DNA of 64,000 bases from Macrostomum lignano (GCA_002269645.1 NIVC01000741.1:1-64000); one strand, 5' to 3'. Shown: positions 1-36,606, numbered from the stretch's first letter. The notes: generated by a model from the sequence alone, not told the origin. A program made the numbers and translations.

Positions 1-102
1 ATTGCCTTTAAAAAATTAAGTTGCCTAGAAGCAAATCAGCTATTAATTAGTCCATAGCGACACAACAACAGCTGGTGCAATAATGAGTAGTGGTCTGGGT
101 AC

Positions 103-2639
103 CTCGTGGCGCTGCGAATGGGAAAGCATGGTAGGTCCACCCGGCAGTGCTTATTGCAGTCGGAGTTGTGCACTAGTCCACGCATCCGTAGGCGCCAGGA
201 GTCAGATCAATGTCGTGATCCAAAACTGGCCGAAGTAGTTGAATACCTGGCTGATGGCCTTGTCCACTGGTAATGCTTCTTGCGCAGCGCGTGCAGAGAT
301 ACCTTGCGTGCCGATGGCTACGGAACCCGCCGTATCTGCGATGCTTCTGGTACCCTGCAATGCCAATGCCGTAATATATTTATGAAAATGATCGTTTCAA
401 ACTTTGCTAATTATGAGTAAATACAGGTGTGACTGTCACCTTGGGGCAGATTAATTCCCAGTTCGTATTGGCTTTGCAGGAAACGCTGAAATCCGCGACC
501 CGCCTGGCCCAGGTCGGTCGCTTAAGATTATTGCAACTACCGTCGGGTGCTGAATACTTGGACAGGAACTCGGGATAGCGTTTGCAATCAGGGGCCGGGA
601 CAGCCGAGCTCGAGCAGTTCAGTTTGGACTTGATGTACTGCAGCAGGGGCACGTCGATGTTCAGAGCTTCACCGCGGAAGACTTTTGACACTGTTCGGGT
701 GAACTCGATGCCGCTCCAGGATGGCCAGAAGTAGTCATAAGTCAGAGTCATACGGTCCATGCGACGGCTAGGACGGGGTAGCCAGCCGAACTGGTTCAAC
801 ACCTCCATGTTGCAGGTGGCCTTGCGGCCGAGCTTTTGCTCGGCATCGCGCGCGTAATTGCGGTAGTGGCGGTAGACGCCGCGCAGAGTTTGCACGATCT
901 TGCGGACGTTAGGCCGGCGGACTCCTGGTGGTGTATCGATTGCGTTCTCAATGAAACATAATTTTCAGACTGCAGGCAGGCAAGGGCTACTGAAAGTAGG
1001 AACTGTAGTAACGACTGAGACATTCTACTCGACAGGATACCAATATTCAGTTCCAGACTGAAAATTGACAACTTACGAGCATTACAGTCGACCCAAGTGA
1101 GGCCCTAGCTATCAACTTGCTACCAAAAACTATTGTATCACATACGAACGAACCGATGCAACTCCACAGTGTTAGAGAAAGCTGTTGAAAGAAACAAGTA
1201 CAACTGATTAACTCACTTCTACGATCGTAGCCGACGTAAGCTTTGATCTTGGAGTGGTCGTACCTACTGTAGGCTATGCACGTGTACGTGCCCTCAGACT
1301 CGGGGCTCATGTTGACAATGATGAGTCGGTTCGGCTCCTTGATGTAGTCCCGATAGTCTTTGTTGGCGTCGAAGAATCGACGGATTTTGAACCGTCTCGA
1401 CTCGAATATCTGCAAGGTGGTCGGCAAGGCCAGCAGTTTGATTGAAGACTTGTCCATCGCGGAAACTGATTTGATAACCGAACTCAACCTTTTTTATAAT
1501 CTATAGTTCTCTATACTCGTAATTTTACAGCAATTTCATAGATATATATTTCAATATTTTAGAATACTGCTATGCGTCCCAGTTTGTTTCTTCAAAAAAG
1601 GAAACTCTTTGAGCTTTAAAAGTCAAGTTAACACCACCTACAAAAAATACAGTCGGCTAGCTTTTAACGAGAGCAGCGCTATAGGGCTCGCCTTTCGGGC
1701 CTGGGTGCAAACCTCGGCCACGCCCACTATGTCCTCGGCGACGCCATCAGCAAGCTGGCAGTCGAATAAATTCTCTGGTTGGGGTGCCTGCAGCGTCATT
1801 ATAGCTATCCACAAGCACTAAACGTACATGGGCTGTAACATCCTACGTTCAGTGGATAACGCGTAGCCCTAACCCTAAACAGAAACATCCACTAAATGAA
1901 GGTCATAGCCCGACTCACCCAACCGATTCTCGGCAGAGGCCAGCCCTGGGCAGCGCACTCCAGAACGACCCGGGAGCCCCGCTTGTGCTTTCCGGATCTG
2001 GGAGACTCGACAATCTCGGGAGGTTCTGAGAAAGAAAATTGAGTTTATTGCCAAATGATCTTATGTGCGAGCGTATTCGTTGCTTGCACATTTTTTTCCA
2101 AATTGACTTACGAGGCCGTCGCACAAACAATTTGGCGGAAGCTACCAGAGGCCGCTTAGTAAACGGCGTGTTCAGATAGCACTGGATCTCGAAGCCGTCG
2201 TGAAACTCCATCGGGTCGAAAATAGTCAGCCGGGTGCCGTCTTTCGACACGCGGTGACGATCGCCAACAACAACTTCTCCGTCGGGACCTAGTTGTTCCG
2301 TCGACAGAAGGTGATATCGGGCTCGCTTGATTCATGCCGCCAAATTTATCATTCATTTGAAAGTGAATGCAGGAATCCGAATTCTGTGAACTCACTCAGA
2401 ATCCGCCAGATCACGTGCAGCTTCTGGGCACCCGCCGGGACGCAGTGGAAGCGAGCAAACTTGTCCCCGGCCGTCACTTTCTGGTCGCTGGGCGCCACTC
2501 TGAAGTGCGGATCCGGTCCCGGGAAAATGTTGCGAATGTAGTTCGGGACTCGAGTCCTGGAGCTGGCATGCTTCCCAACCGCTTGGGACGCCCACAGCAG
2601 CAGCATGAGCAGCTGCAAGCGGCAGAGAATCAAGCTCAT
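103..2639 (-). CDS. Peroxidasin-like heme peroxidase (signal peptide + 2 Ig domains + peroxidase domain), partial, with several 1-bp frameshifts
   Basis: Exons approx. 2639-2112 (MSLILCRLQLLMLLLWASQAVG signal peptide; Ig), 2025-1919 (PPEIVESP..VVLECAAQGWPLPRIGW), ~1488-1217 (LIIVNMSPESEGTYTCIAY), ~970-440 (YSAPDGSCNNLKRPTW), 354-103 (PSARKVS..FGQF[L]DHDIDLT..DCNKHCRVDLPCFPI). These match animal peroxidase/peroxidasin motifs from recall. The frame needs correcting at several points. The gene continues beyond position 1. Confidence 0.8.
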
Positions 2640-3132
2640 CTGCAAGCCCTCCGTCGCAAACAACGGCTACAGAATAGGAAACCCAGTAAGTAAAATATTC
2701 TTTACCAGCGGCCCCAGTAAGTTTGGGAGCACGGGCCTCGGGTCTATTTCAATATATATTCACTTCGCTGCGATAGGATTTCAATAAACTTTTTTTTCAG
2801 ATGCCTCGAATTTGGACTCAACTACCCGTGCTCCCCTGCGCAGCTATAAGTCATTTCCCAAGCGCAACCAGACGCACCTGTTGCTGGTTTTTTATTCCCC
2901 GTGAAAGATTTATCACTTTGCGATCTCTCGCTGCCATTTGAGGCCATGTCTCCATTTTTAAGCGACTGCACCTGCAGCGGAGCCGCACTTCACAAAAGCA
3001 ATGCTTGCTATTAAAATGCAGTGCCCCCCCCCCCCGATTCAATGAATGTGCCAGGGGGTGCAAGACTTGTTGCCTTTGATCTGCGCACAAACTGTTCACG
3101 TTTTAGGCGGATTTATGTGAATCTATTCCGAA

Positions 3133-3280
3133 ATGAGTGAGTGAGTGAGTGAGTGAGTGAGTGAGTGAGTGAGTGAGTGAGTGAGTGAGTGAGTGAGTGA
3201 GTGAGTGAGTGAGTGAGTGAGTGAGTGAGTGAGTGAGTGAGTGAGTGAGTGGGTGGGTGGGTGAGTGGGTGAGTTGGTGA
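3133..3280. repeat. (GTGA)n microsatellite
   Basis: Direct reading. Confidence 0.97.
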
Positions 3281-3845
3281 GTCAGTAACTCAAGAATCAC
3301 GGATTTCTTATGGGGCAGCAACCCATTCTCCAAGAAACAGATAGGGCGCAGCAGAATTTTGCTTGCTAGTCAGGATGGCAGACTATAGCGGCAAGCATCC
3401 GTATTCAGGCATTAACAGAAACCCCTGCGTACATTGCATCCTGTTTCTCTCTCCCGTGTTCCCCTCTCCCTGAGGCGCTCCACCCACGCGAGAGCTGCCT
3501 AGCGGGAGGCAGAGAAATCCAAGTGGGAGGCTGGGCTGCAGCTGAGTGGGGCATCACAATGGGCCGAGGACAATGCGGCTTCAGCTCGTAACGCGTAGCC
3601 GGCATCGCGTGAGGAGGTTGCGCACTGGGCTGTGGAAATTTAACCCAATGGGTCTGGCGCCTAGCAACAAAGTGAGGGAGCGGACTGGTTAGGCTTAGAA
3701 AGCTTTTTTCATTAAAAATCATCTTTTAGGAGCGTAAAAGGCCAGACTGCAGCCGCACGCATTCTGTGAGCGTCCTAACTTTAAATTGTAAAAGCCGCTA
3801 TCGAATATCTAAACAATTATCTGCAGTAGTCAAAACTGCCAATCC

Positions 3846-4937
3846 ATGAAGGCTGCTGCATCGCAGATTCCCCATGGCAACCAGCAGCATGCGGTGCGCC
3901 AGCGTCACACGCTGTCCATAGCGCCGGCGCATATTCCTCAGCCGGTGGCAGCCCAGGGACTTCGCGAGCTGTTCCTGGCCGCAGCGCAGGGCCGTCACGC
4001 CGATGTCGGGCATCTCCTGCGACTCACCGGCCCGCCGCGCGGCTTCCAGCACCCAGACGACGGCCGGACGCCGCTGATGATGGCGCTGCTGGCGGACGAC
4101 CAGGCGGCGAGGTCGAGAACCTTCGACCTGCTGCTGGACAACGGCGCTGGTCTGGCAGGCCGGGACTCGGCGCTCGATCGCGACCTCATCAGCTGGGCGG
4201 CGGCTCTCGGGCGACCAGCGGAGCTGGAGAAGGTCCTCCGACTGTCCGCGGCGTCCGGAGCGTCAAGTCAGACGGACTGGCGCCGGAGAGACTCGCAGGG
4301 CCAGACCTGCCTGCATCTGGCCGTGGCCTCGGGCTGCCCTCAGACTGTCGGCGTGCTGCTCCGGGCAATGCTGCGCCAGCGAGCTTCGGTTGAGCACCTC
4401 AACAGTCAGGGCCTGACGCCCTACATGCTGGCCAGGCGCCTGGGGCTGGCTGAGATCGCTGAGATGCTCCGGCAGAGACAGCGACTCGACGAAGCGGAAG
4501 TGGAACGCGCGGAGCGGAGGCGAGCGCGGCAGCAGCAGGCGGCGGGGCGCCAGCGCAGGGACGCAGCAGCAAAGCTTCGGTTCTCAAATTTGCCGCCTCA
4601 GACGGCGCCAGAGGCCGCAAAGCCGCCGATTCTGCCGCCAATTCTGCCGCTGAACCGCGGCGAGACGTACGCAGAAATCCTGGTCAAAGCCATCGGCGGA
4701 GGCGGCTGCCGGACGTCGCAGCAGCTGCTGCACTCGGCGCTGGACCTGTGGAGCGAGCAGCATTTCCCCAGCTACCGGCGCGGCGTGGCGGCCGGTGCGG
4801 CGGCGGCGGCGGCCGAGGCGGCGGCAGCGGCTGCGGCGGCCAGGGAGGCGGCAGAGGCGGAGGCCGCAGCGATGGGGCGCCGAGGCCGCAGAGCGCCGAC
4901 TCGAACTGGAGGCGGACGTCGATCGAACGGGCTCTAG
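3846..4937 (+). CDS. Intronless ankyrin-repeat protein with Ala-rich C-terminus (363 aa)
   Basis: Open ORF containing ankyrin motifs GRTPLMMALL, GQTCLHLAVASGC and GLTPYMLARRLG; GC-rich codon usage like the other exons. Confidence 0.85.
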   Translation: MKAAASQIPHGNQQHAVRQRHTLSIAPAHIPQPVAAQGLRELFLAAAQGRHADVGHLLRLTGPPRGFQHPDDGRTPLMMALLADDQAARSRTFDLLLDNGAGLAGRDSALDRDLISWAAALGRPAELEKVLRLSAASGASSQTDWRRRDSQGQTCLHLAVASGCPQTVGVLLRAMLRQRASVEHLNSQGLTPYMLARRLGLAEIAEMLRQRQRLDEAEVERAERRRARQQQAAGRQRRDAAAKLRFSNLPPQTAPEAAKPPILPPILPLNRGETYAEILVKAIGGGGCRTSQQLLHSALDLWSEQHFPSYRRGVAAGAAAAAAEAAAAAAAAREAAEAEAAAMGRRGRRAPTRTGGGRRSNGL

Positions 4938-5489
4938 ACGGGTTGATCTGGGGGCCTTTTGCAAATGAAAGCACTTCCTGACTATGTTCGTTCAGCATTC
5001 TATAAATTACAGTTTTGAAATTGGCTGGCATTTTTCTAATATGCTGAATTAACTTCACAGGAATCTCATATTTTTTACATTTAACGCTTTTAAAGAGTTT
5101 AGCTTCTATGCACTCAAACATGACCTGCCCTGTGTAAAAGTTGAAAAGTAAATTTTGCACATTTTTATAAGCGATGTGTTCTCGATTTTATTTACCCTGT
5201 ACAGCAATGTAACTGCTTACATGTAAATTGTATTTGAAGAAAATTTAAAATATTCTCTTTGAAGCAGAAATAACCAGCGAAAATGCTCAGCAATACTGTG
5301 ATGACAGCAAGTGAATGATATCATGAGATCAATGCTCGGAATCGCATAGGAAAATTGACAGTGGAAAAGGAAACAATTAACCAGAAAGTTAAAATGTAAA
5401 TATAGAGATTCTGTCGGAAAATCTACAGAGGATTCTTTCTGTCTTGCTGTCGCTGTCCATCTCTGTCCGTGCTGGAGTGACGACATCTA

Positions 5490-5882
5490 TGGGGTGATGG
5501 GTCTGCGGGTGGTGGGGTCTGCGTGGTGGTGGGGTCTGCGGGGTGGTGGGGTCTGCGTGGTGGTGGGGTCTGCGGGGTGGTGGGGTCTGCGGGTGGTGGA
5601 TCTGCGGGGTAGTGGGGTTTGCGGGGTGGTGGGGTCTGCGGGGTGGTGGGGTCTGCGGGGTGGTGGGGTCTGCGGGGTAGTGGGGTTTGCGGGTGGTGGG
5701 GTCTGCGGGTGGTGGGGTCTGCGGGGTGGTGGGGTCTGCGGGGTAGTGGGGTTTGCGGGTGGCGGGGTCTGCGGGGTGGTGGGGTCTGCGGGGTGGTGGA
5801 TCTGCGGGGTGGTGGGATCTGCGGGGGTTGTGATTATGCGGGATGGTGGGGTCTGCGGGGTTGTGGGGTCTGCGGGGTTGTA
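5490..5882. repeat. G-rich ~16-bp minisatellite (GGGTGGTGGGGTCTGC), G4-prone
   Basis: Direct reading; lies between the convergent ankyrin and otoferlin 3' ends. Confidence 0.95.
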
Positions 5883-6358
5883 GGGCTTCCCTGATGCTGG
5901 GGCCTGCGGGGATGTTAGGCTAGGTTTCACATGTAGCATCTTATCAAGCAAGCAGGACGTGGTTTACAGAAAAAAACATTTTCATGATAAAAGCCCCCCA
6001 CCAAAGATGTGGCAGTGTACAGCAACAAGCAGTCTGCAGTAAATTTGCTGAGATTTCAACTGAGATTTAAGTACATTTTAATAGGCTTCTGTAACTTTTC
6101 TCACCGGCGGGAGCTCAGGGAAGGCAAATTAACAAATTCACAAAACATTGGTGAGATGCTCGAGACACGAGTTTAAAGCGTTATCCATGCGGGGTTGGAA
6201 TAGAAAAAAACATGGGCAGGAAGATCGGGCGCGGCAGAAATCCCATTGGGACCGCTCCCAGGGCGCAAAACTGAGTGGAACACGAAAGTTGAAGTTTAAT
6301 TGCTGAGTTTACTTTTAAATATAGAATAGAAATGGCGCTGAAAAGGTGCTGGCTATCA

Positions 6359-29626
<23,268 letters not shown>

Positions 29627-31349
29627 CTCGGGCTCGACCTGCAGCAGGGGGGGGGGTGGATACCCCCAACAGTGTCAGAGAGTGTCATCATCCGTACTCG
29701 AGCATAGACAAAGGTTCTGCCCAAAGTGCACTTTGCTGATCGGTTATCAAGTTTATGATAATCTTGGCACAACAGCGCAATGCAAAGTAATATTGGATGC
29801 AAGTTCCGGGCAAGCCTAAATTGATTTCACTGTCCCAGCGAGCAGGCATTGTCCGGCTATTGCAATACACGATTTTGTTAATAATCGGTTGAGCACAACG
29901 AAGTCCCGCCTCCAATTTGGGTTGCAATTATGATTTGTGATTTGAGCAATTAGAATCCTGTCGCAGCAGGTACCATCCCACTGGCCATGGCGCCGGCCTG
30001 AATCTCAGTAGGGCTGCAGGTGCTCAAGGCGATTCGGCTGCATGCAAGGCAAGGAGCGAGGGGTCAGGGATGAGCAGACAATGCAGCTGCACACGTGCGC
30101 GGGATTTTTTTACCGTTTTCTGCCCAAGGGATTTCATATTGAGCGGTAAAAGTACTTCAGCAGGTATTGCTGCTACCTACCTGCTCTGGTTAACACACCT
30201 GATCACTAGGTGGAAAAATCAGTAAAAATTTTTAATTTGAATTCCCATTTTGATTCGTAAAAAAATGTTTTGCGAAATGTTCTCTAGCAACTAACCAGAA
30301 ATCCTCGCTCCTGCTGGCAACGAATCCCCATCCCAGACTCACCTGCACTGAAGCAGAAACTCTCAGTTACCTGGAAGAGTTCAAGCGCAACAAATGAAGC
30401 TGGAAGCTGCAGAAAGCTTCATCAGTAGTTGACTGAGCCGATCGGGCAAGCGCAGATCTCAAAGTAGCAGAGTCGTGTGGAACAATGGGTCCGCACCCAG
30501 CAGTCCACCGACTCGGCCTTTTTTACCCTTGCAGCCCGGATCTCCCCTTCTTCCCGTCGCCCCTTGGAAAACTGTCGGAGTGCAGAGCCAGCAGCCAATT
30601 GCGGCTCGCGAGCCCCCGCCAACCCTTAGCCCCTGCCTGCTCTCCCACTCTACTCATTTTTACAGCGGACTTTACGCATTGTATTCTCGCCCTGCTTTAC
30701 AATTCCAAACCCTTCTCTCCCCGTGGTCCCCTTGCAGTCTGCCTGCAGTTGCTCACACTTGACTTGGCCGAGCCTGACGAGCTGGGGGGGGGGGGGCAGT
30801 GTTGGTCCAGCCCGGGCCTGATACAGCTGCATGCAGCAAGCGGACGTGCAGTCAGGGGAGCCGATATGGAGAGTATCGATAAGCAAGCGAGCCTCTTAAA
30901 TTTCAGGGGGGGGGGGCATTGTTCCTGTGCAAAGCGGCACGCCTGGACTTCTCTGATCGGGTGAAGCCAGGCGGTCAAATATTTCCCATTGCTGAAAATA
31001 TAATTGCACAGGGGGCAGTGGAATTTTTGCTTCTATGGAGAAAAATGACGTCAAATCTTGATTATAATTTTTTAGCAAAAATGCGAGGTAGTGTTCGCAA
31101 TAAATGAAAGTGGCTCAAGTCATCGACTGGCAGTTAAAATTGCGGAGAAAAGTCCCGAGGTTTCCGAGTGCCACTTGGACGTAGCAACCTCTTACTGGTT
31201 CAATTTCGCTCCGAGCTTGAAAAAAGGAATTCGCGTGACCGAAGCTAAACCGACTGAGCGAGCCTGCTGCAAGTTCAACAGGCGGAAATAATCTTGGCAT
31301 CACGGAAGCGACGGTTTGCTGTGATTTTAACTGCATTTGAATGCCATGC

Positions 31350-31698
31350 GATAGCTCAGGTGTGTGGCTGAATAGCTCAGGTGTGTGGCTGAATAGCTCA
31401 GGTGTGTGGCTGAATAGCTCAGGTGTGTGGCTGAATAGCTCAGGTGTCTGGCTGAATAGCTCAGGTGACTGGCTGAATAGCTCAGGTGTGTGGCTGAATA
31501 GCTCAGGTGTCTGGCTGAATAGCTCAGGTGACTGGCTGAATAGCTCAGGTGTGTGGCTGAATAGCTCAGGTGACTGGCTGAATAGCTCAGGTGTGTGGCT
31601 GAATAGCTCAGGTGTGTGGCTGAATAGCTCAGGTGTGTGGCTGAATAGCTCAGGTGACTGGCTGAATAGCTCAGGTGTCTGGCTGAATAGCTCAGGTG
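31350..31698. repeat. 21-bp minisatellite GGCTGAATAGCTCAGGTGTGT (NSUN2-otoferlin spacer)
   Basis: Direct reading. Confidence 0.97.
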
Positions 31699-31929
31699 TA
31701 AAGCAGGTGTCCAGCCAGGTGCTCACAGTCTCAGAAGGCACAGACAGAAGGCAATGAGACTGCAGTGCAGATTTCATAGTCACGGAGTCACCCAAACTCA
31801 GCAGCTCACGCTGATAATTATGATGTTTAATTTTGAATCAATAAAAAATGCAATTCGCCAAAACAGAGATGAACCACAAGGCATTGGCTTAGCAGTATTT
31901 TGTTTAAAATTTCGTATACGAGTCCCGAG

Positions 31930-34900
31930 TCACTCCGCCTCCCCGTCGTTGCCATCGGCCGCCGCTGCCGCAGCCGGAGGCTCCACAGCCTCCTCGTCAT
32001 CGGACGGGCCATCCTCGTCGTCGCCCTCGCCGTCGCCCTGGCCAGCAGTTTTGCCGCGGATTTCAACCAGATCTTCAACTCCGCACATGCGGGTGAGGTG
32101 CAGCCGCTCGTGCCGGTTCATGTACGCCCGCAGGGTGGTGCGGCCACGCCAGCCGGCCAGGCAGAGGTCCACGTCCGGCAGCTGTTGGGCGTCCTCGCCG
32201 TCTCGCCGATAGTCGATGACGACCGGGCCGAGAGTCAGGGCCCGCCAGGCCGTCCTGGTGGCCTCGGTGAACCGGTCGGAGAACGGCAGCTCGTGCTCAA
32301 GCAGCACCAGCAGATCGCAGCGGGGCACCCGGATGCGGCGCAGGGTGATGAAGGGCTCCAGCAGGCTCAGGCCCTCCTGCAGCGGCCTGTAGCCTTTGTA
32401 CTCGGCGTCGTCGCACACAGAGAAGATCTTGATGCCCATGTTGACGGTCTTGAGCTCCGGGTTGCCCTGCACCAGCCGCCTGGCGCAGTCGTTCACCAGG
32501 TACAGGTGCCGCTTCTTGGAGGTCTCGCAGCGGTACAGCACGTTGCCGCAGGGGAACCGGCCGCTGTCGATGCCGAAGGTCTCGGAGATGCCGCGCCACA
32601 CCGGGTGCTCGGGGCCCATGAACAGGAACGGATCCTCGTTGAAGCGGCGCCGCTTGGACTTCGGCGACTGCGGCCGCCCCGATGAGTCTGCGGCTGCTGC
32701 ATCACCGGCTGGAGCGTCTGGGAATGTTTGGGAAATGATCCGATGCACCTCACTGCTGACAGCTGCACCTGACAGTATTGACAGCTGCACCTGACAGTAT
32801 TGACAGCTGCACCTGACAGTATTGACAGCTGCGCCTGACAGTATTGACAGCTGCACCTGACAGTATTGACAACTTTGACTGACACTTTTGACAACTACAC
32901 CTGACACAACTGACCCTAAGACAGCCTGCATCTGACAACTTTACCTGACACTGCTGACAACCTGTACCTCATGACACTACCATTAATAGGCAATAACACG
33001 TGGCACCTAAAACTAAAACATCACAGAGCATACCAGGCACCAAAGTGAGCCAGCCTGAAACAGCTGCAAGCGGCAGTGCCGGCTTACCATCTCCAGTGGC
33101 CGCTTGAACTGCGCGTCCATCCTGAGCGCAGGCATCCGCAGCAGCCGCTGTGGCCGCCGCCGCGTCCCACTTGGCGGGGTTCATCCAGGGCAGGTGGCGC
33201 CGCTTCTCCAGCGCGGCAACGAAGAAGCCGCCGGTGTCCTGCAGGTGGGGCAGCACCCGCATGCAGCGCTCCATCGGCAGGTCTTTGTAGCCTTCGTCAA
33301 AGAACGACGGGCGCAGGTAGGCGTGGTCGCGGCCCACAGGCACATCCGAGTACTTCTCAAACAGCGTGCCGTTGGCGCCCATCACCTTCCAGCTGGACAG
33401 CCCCGGGAGAGATTTGAAGCCCGGCAGCAAGGGCCTGACGTCCACCTGGCGATTGTACATAGCAACTAATTTCAAGAATTTGAACCTTAACCTATTGTAA
33501 TTATCTTAGTACCTGAATTAATCTCGCAATCCCACTCAACTATCCCAGAATCCCACTCAGATATTCCAGAATCCCACTCAACTATCCCAGAATACCACTC
33601 AGATATCCCAGAATCCCACTCAGATATTCCAGAATCCCACTCAACTATCCCAGAATACCACTCAGATATTCCAGAATCCCACTCAACTATCCCAGAATCC
33701 CACTCAGATATTCCAGAATCCCACTCAACTATCCCAGAATACCACTCAGATATCCCAGAATCCAACTTAGATATCCCAGAATCCCACTCAGATATCCCAG
33801 AATCCAACTTAGATATCCCAGAATCCCACTCAGATATCCCAGAATCCAACTTAGATATCCCAGAATCCCACTCAGATATCCCAGAATCCAACTTAGATAT
33901 CCCAGAATCCCACTCAGATATCCCAGAATCCAACTTAGATATCCCAGAATCCCACTCAGATATTCCAGAATCCCACTCAACTATCCCAGAATCCCACTCA
34001 GATATCCCAGAATCCCACTCAGATATCCCAGAATCCCACTCAGATATCCCAGAATCCCACTCAGATATCCCAGAATCCCACTCAGATATCACATAATCTC
34101 ACTGTGATATCTCAGACTCTCACTCAGCTATCACAAAATCTTATTCGAAAACCTGCTTAGTTATTACTCAAACCTACCAAGAGGCTGCGGTTAGCCAGCC
34201 CCAGCAGCTCACCAGTTCCACAGAGCCCTCAGTCTCCAGCAGCAGCTTGCCCACAACAGCCTCATTCTCTACAGGGTTCAGGCTGCAGGTTGAGTACACA
34301 AGCCGGCCGCCAACAGCGAGCAGTTCGAGTCCTCGCTTGAGTATCTTGGCCTGAGTCAGGTGTAGGTTGTTGGCGTGCCCGGGCTTCCAGCGGCGCCAGA
34401 CGCCGGGATTTTTGCGCGCCGTGCCGTCGCCAGAGCAGGGGACGTCGGCCAGCACGCGGTCGAACAGCAGCGGCGGGCCGTCGGGCTCCAGGCGGAGCCG
34501 GGGGAACACGCTGGAGTCGTGGGCGCAGACCACAAAGCAGGGGCTCTGCAGCCTCTTGAGCTGGTGCACCATCATGTAGGCCCGGCGCTGGTCCACGTCA
34601 TTTGCCACGATTAGGCCTGCAATTGGCGGGAAGCTTGTGTCAGACATTGCGAGGACTTGTGTCAGGAACTTTGACTCTGACTCGTGTCGGACACTGTACT
34701 GACTTGTCAGACACTGTACTGGCTTGTGTCAGACACTGTACTGTCTTGTCAGACACTGTACTGACTTGTCAGACAATTAGGTAGTAACTTGTGTCAGACA
34801 CTGTAATGGCACTATGCACTGACTTGTGTCAGACACTATGCATTGACGTGTGTCAGACACTATGCACTGAGACTTGTGTCAGACACTATGCATTGACGTG

Positions 34901-36606
34901 TGTCAGACACTATGCACTGAGACTTGTGTCAGACACTATTCATTGACTTGTGTCAGACACTATGCACTGAGACTTGTGTCAGACACTATGCACTGAGACT
35001 TGTGTCAGACACTATGCACTGAGACTTGTGTCAGACACTATGCATTGAGACTTGTGTCAGACACTATGCACTGAGACTTGTGTCAGACACTATTCATTGA
35101 CTTGTGTCAGACACTATGCACTGAGACTTGTGTCAGACACTATGCACTGAGACTTGTGTCAGACACTATTCATTGACTTGTGTCAGACACTATGCATTGA
35201 GGCTTGTGTCAGACACTATGCACTGAGACTTGTGTCAGACACTATGCACTGAGACTTGTGTCAGACACTATTCATTGACTTGTGTCAGACACTATGCACT
35301 GAGACTTGTGTCAGACACTATGCACTGAGACTTGTGTCAGACACTATTCATTGACTTGTGTCAGACACTATGCACTGAGACTTGTGTCAGACACTATGCA
35401 CTGAGACTTGTGTCAGACACTATGCATTGAGACTTGTGTCAGACACTATGCACTGAGACTTGTGTCAGACACTATTCATTGACTTGTGTCAGACACTATG
35501 CACTGAGACTTGTGTCAGACACTATGCACTGACTTGTGTCGGACTTGTGCAATCAGACTGACGCTAAAAAGTTGCTCATCCAGCACCAACCGTCGGGCAG
35601 CTCGCCAGAGCTCCGTCCAGCCTCGCTGTCGTCGCCACGGTGCAGCAGCTCGAGCATCTGGCCGGTCTTGGAGCCGGGCGCGGCGCACATGTCCAGCACC
35701 CGGTGGCTGGAGCGCACGTCCAGCACCAGCGGCGGCACCATGGAGACGGCCTCCTGCCGGGTGATGTGGCCGGTCTCGGTCTCGGTCACCAGGAAGCTGT
35801 GCAATCGCTGGAGCTCGTTGATTTTGCGAATAGCCAGCCGGTTCGTGTGCAGCTGGTAGGCCATGCCGCCTGCGGGGTCACGCGAGGTCGCAAAGGATTC
35901 TTTAGTCTCTTTCTTAATTTTATACCTCTAGGCGGGGTTCGATCCTCGACCCACTTGGAACAATTTGTGTCCTCGAGCAAGACACTTAACTCTGCATTGC
36001 TTCAGTTCACTTAGCTGTAAATGGACCTTCAGATGCGCCGCGCAATAGCTGCAGCTGAGCTGTCGGTTGCACATCTGCCCATAGGGCAGGTGTATTCAAT
36101 TAGTATTATTACAATACCTCTAGAAATTCTCGTCGTTCAAAACCAACCCTAGTTAAAAAAGGGAAATCCATGGAAAATCCATCTTATCTTTCTGCAAGAT
36201 ACAAACTTTAAGCTACATGCATGAGATGATCTTCACATCCTGCTCTCGCTACTTGTTAGTAGGCGATCTGAGTGACTCCCAGTGAGACTGGCTCCTCCAT
36301 CCCCTACCGCCCCAGCTCACTCGGATACCAGGGCAGCGGCTCAGGCGGTCGAATGTCAGTCAGGCTGAGCAGGTCCTCCAGGTAGCGAGTGCGCAGCAGC
36401 TTGAGCAGACTCTGGCTGTGACCACGGAAACCGGTGATTCGGAATGTGACAGGTAGGCCCTCCCGCATGGCGGTCATGAAGACCGGCCACTCAGCCTCGG
36501 GCAGCATGGCCTGGGCTGTGTAGTACTTCTCAAACAGGGCGTTGGACTCCTTGGAGTTGTCGTAGAGGTCCTTGGCCTCCGCTATGTTGCGCTTGCGGCG
36601 GCCCAT
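31930..36606 (-). CDS. NSUN2: tRNA/mRNA m5C methyltransferase NSUN2/Trm4
   Basis: Exons 36606-36321, 35869-35591, 34616-34213, 33445-33088, 32717-31930, all GT-AG and in phase. Motifs [71 protein letters not shown]. Confidence 0.95.
32757..32872. repeat. 22-bp minisatellite GACAGCTGCACCTGACAGTATT
   Basis: About 5 copies; NSUN2 intron 4. Confidence 0.93.
33525..34090. repeat. 21-bp minisatellite CCCAGAATCCCACTCAGATAT
   Basis: NSUN2 intron 3. Confidence 0.97.
34634..35548. repeat. ~26-bp minisatellite ACTTGTGTCAGACACTATGCACTGAG (internal IR GTGTC-A-GACAC)
   Basis: NSUN2 intron 2. Confidence 0.97.
35931..36097 (+). mobile_element. Same SINE family, 5'-truncated and internally deleted copy 2 (NSUN2 intron 1)
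   Basis: GGTTCGATCC B box, TGTGTCCTCGAGCAAGACACTTAA core, and tail TTCAGATGCGCCGCGCAATAGCTGCAGCTGAGCTGTCGGTTGCACATCTG, near-identical to copy 1. Confidence 0.75.

Noticed and set aside
1866-1880. CCCTAACCCTAAAC telomere-like word; (TTAG)n at 20.8-22.1k
   Set aside because: Only two units in the first case, and the second is a tetramer, not a TTAGG(G) telomeric repeat.
34634-35548. Palindromic repeat arrays (also 22.3k, 47.1k, 53.9k) as CRISPR
   Set aside because: No unique spacers, no cas genes, and a eukaryotic intronic context.
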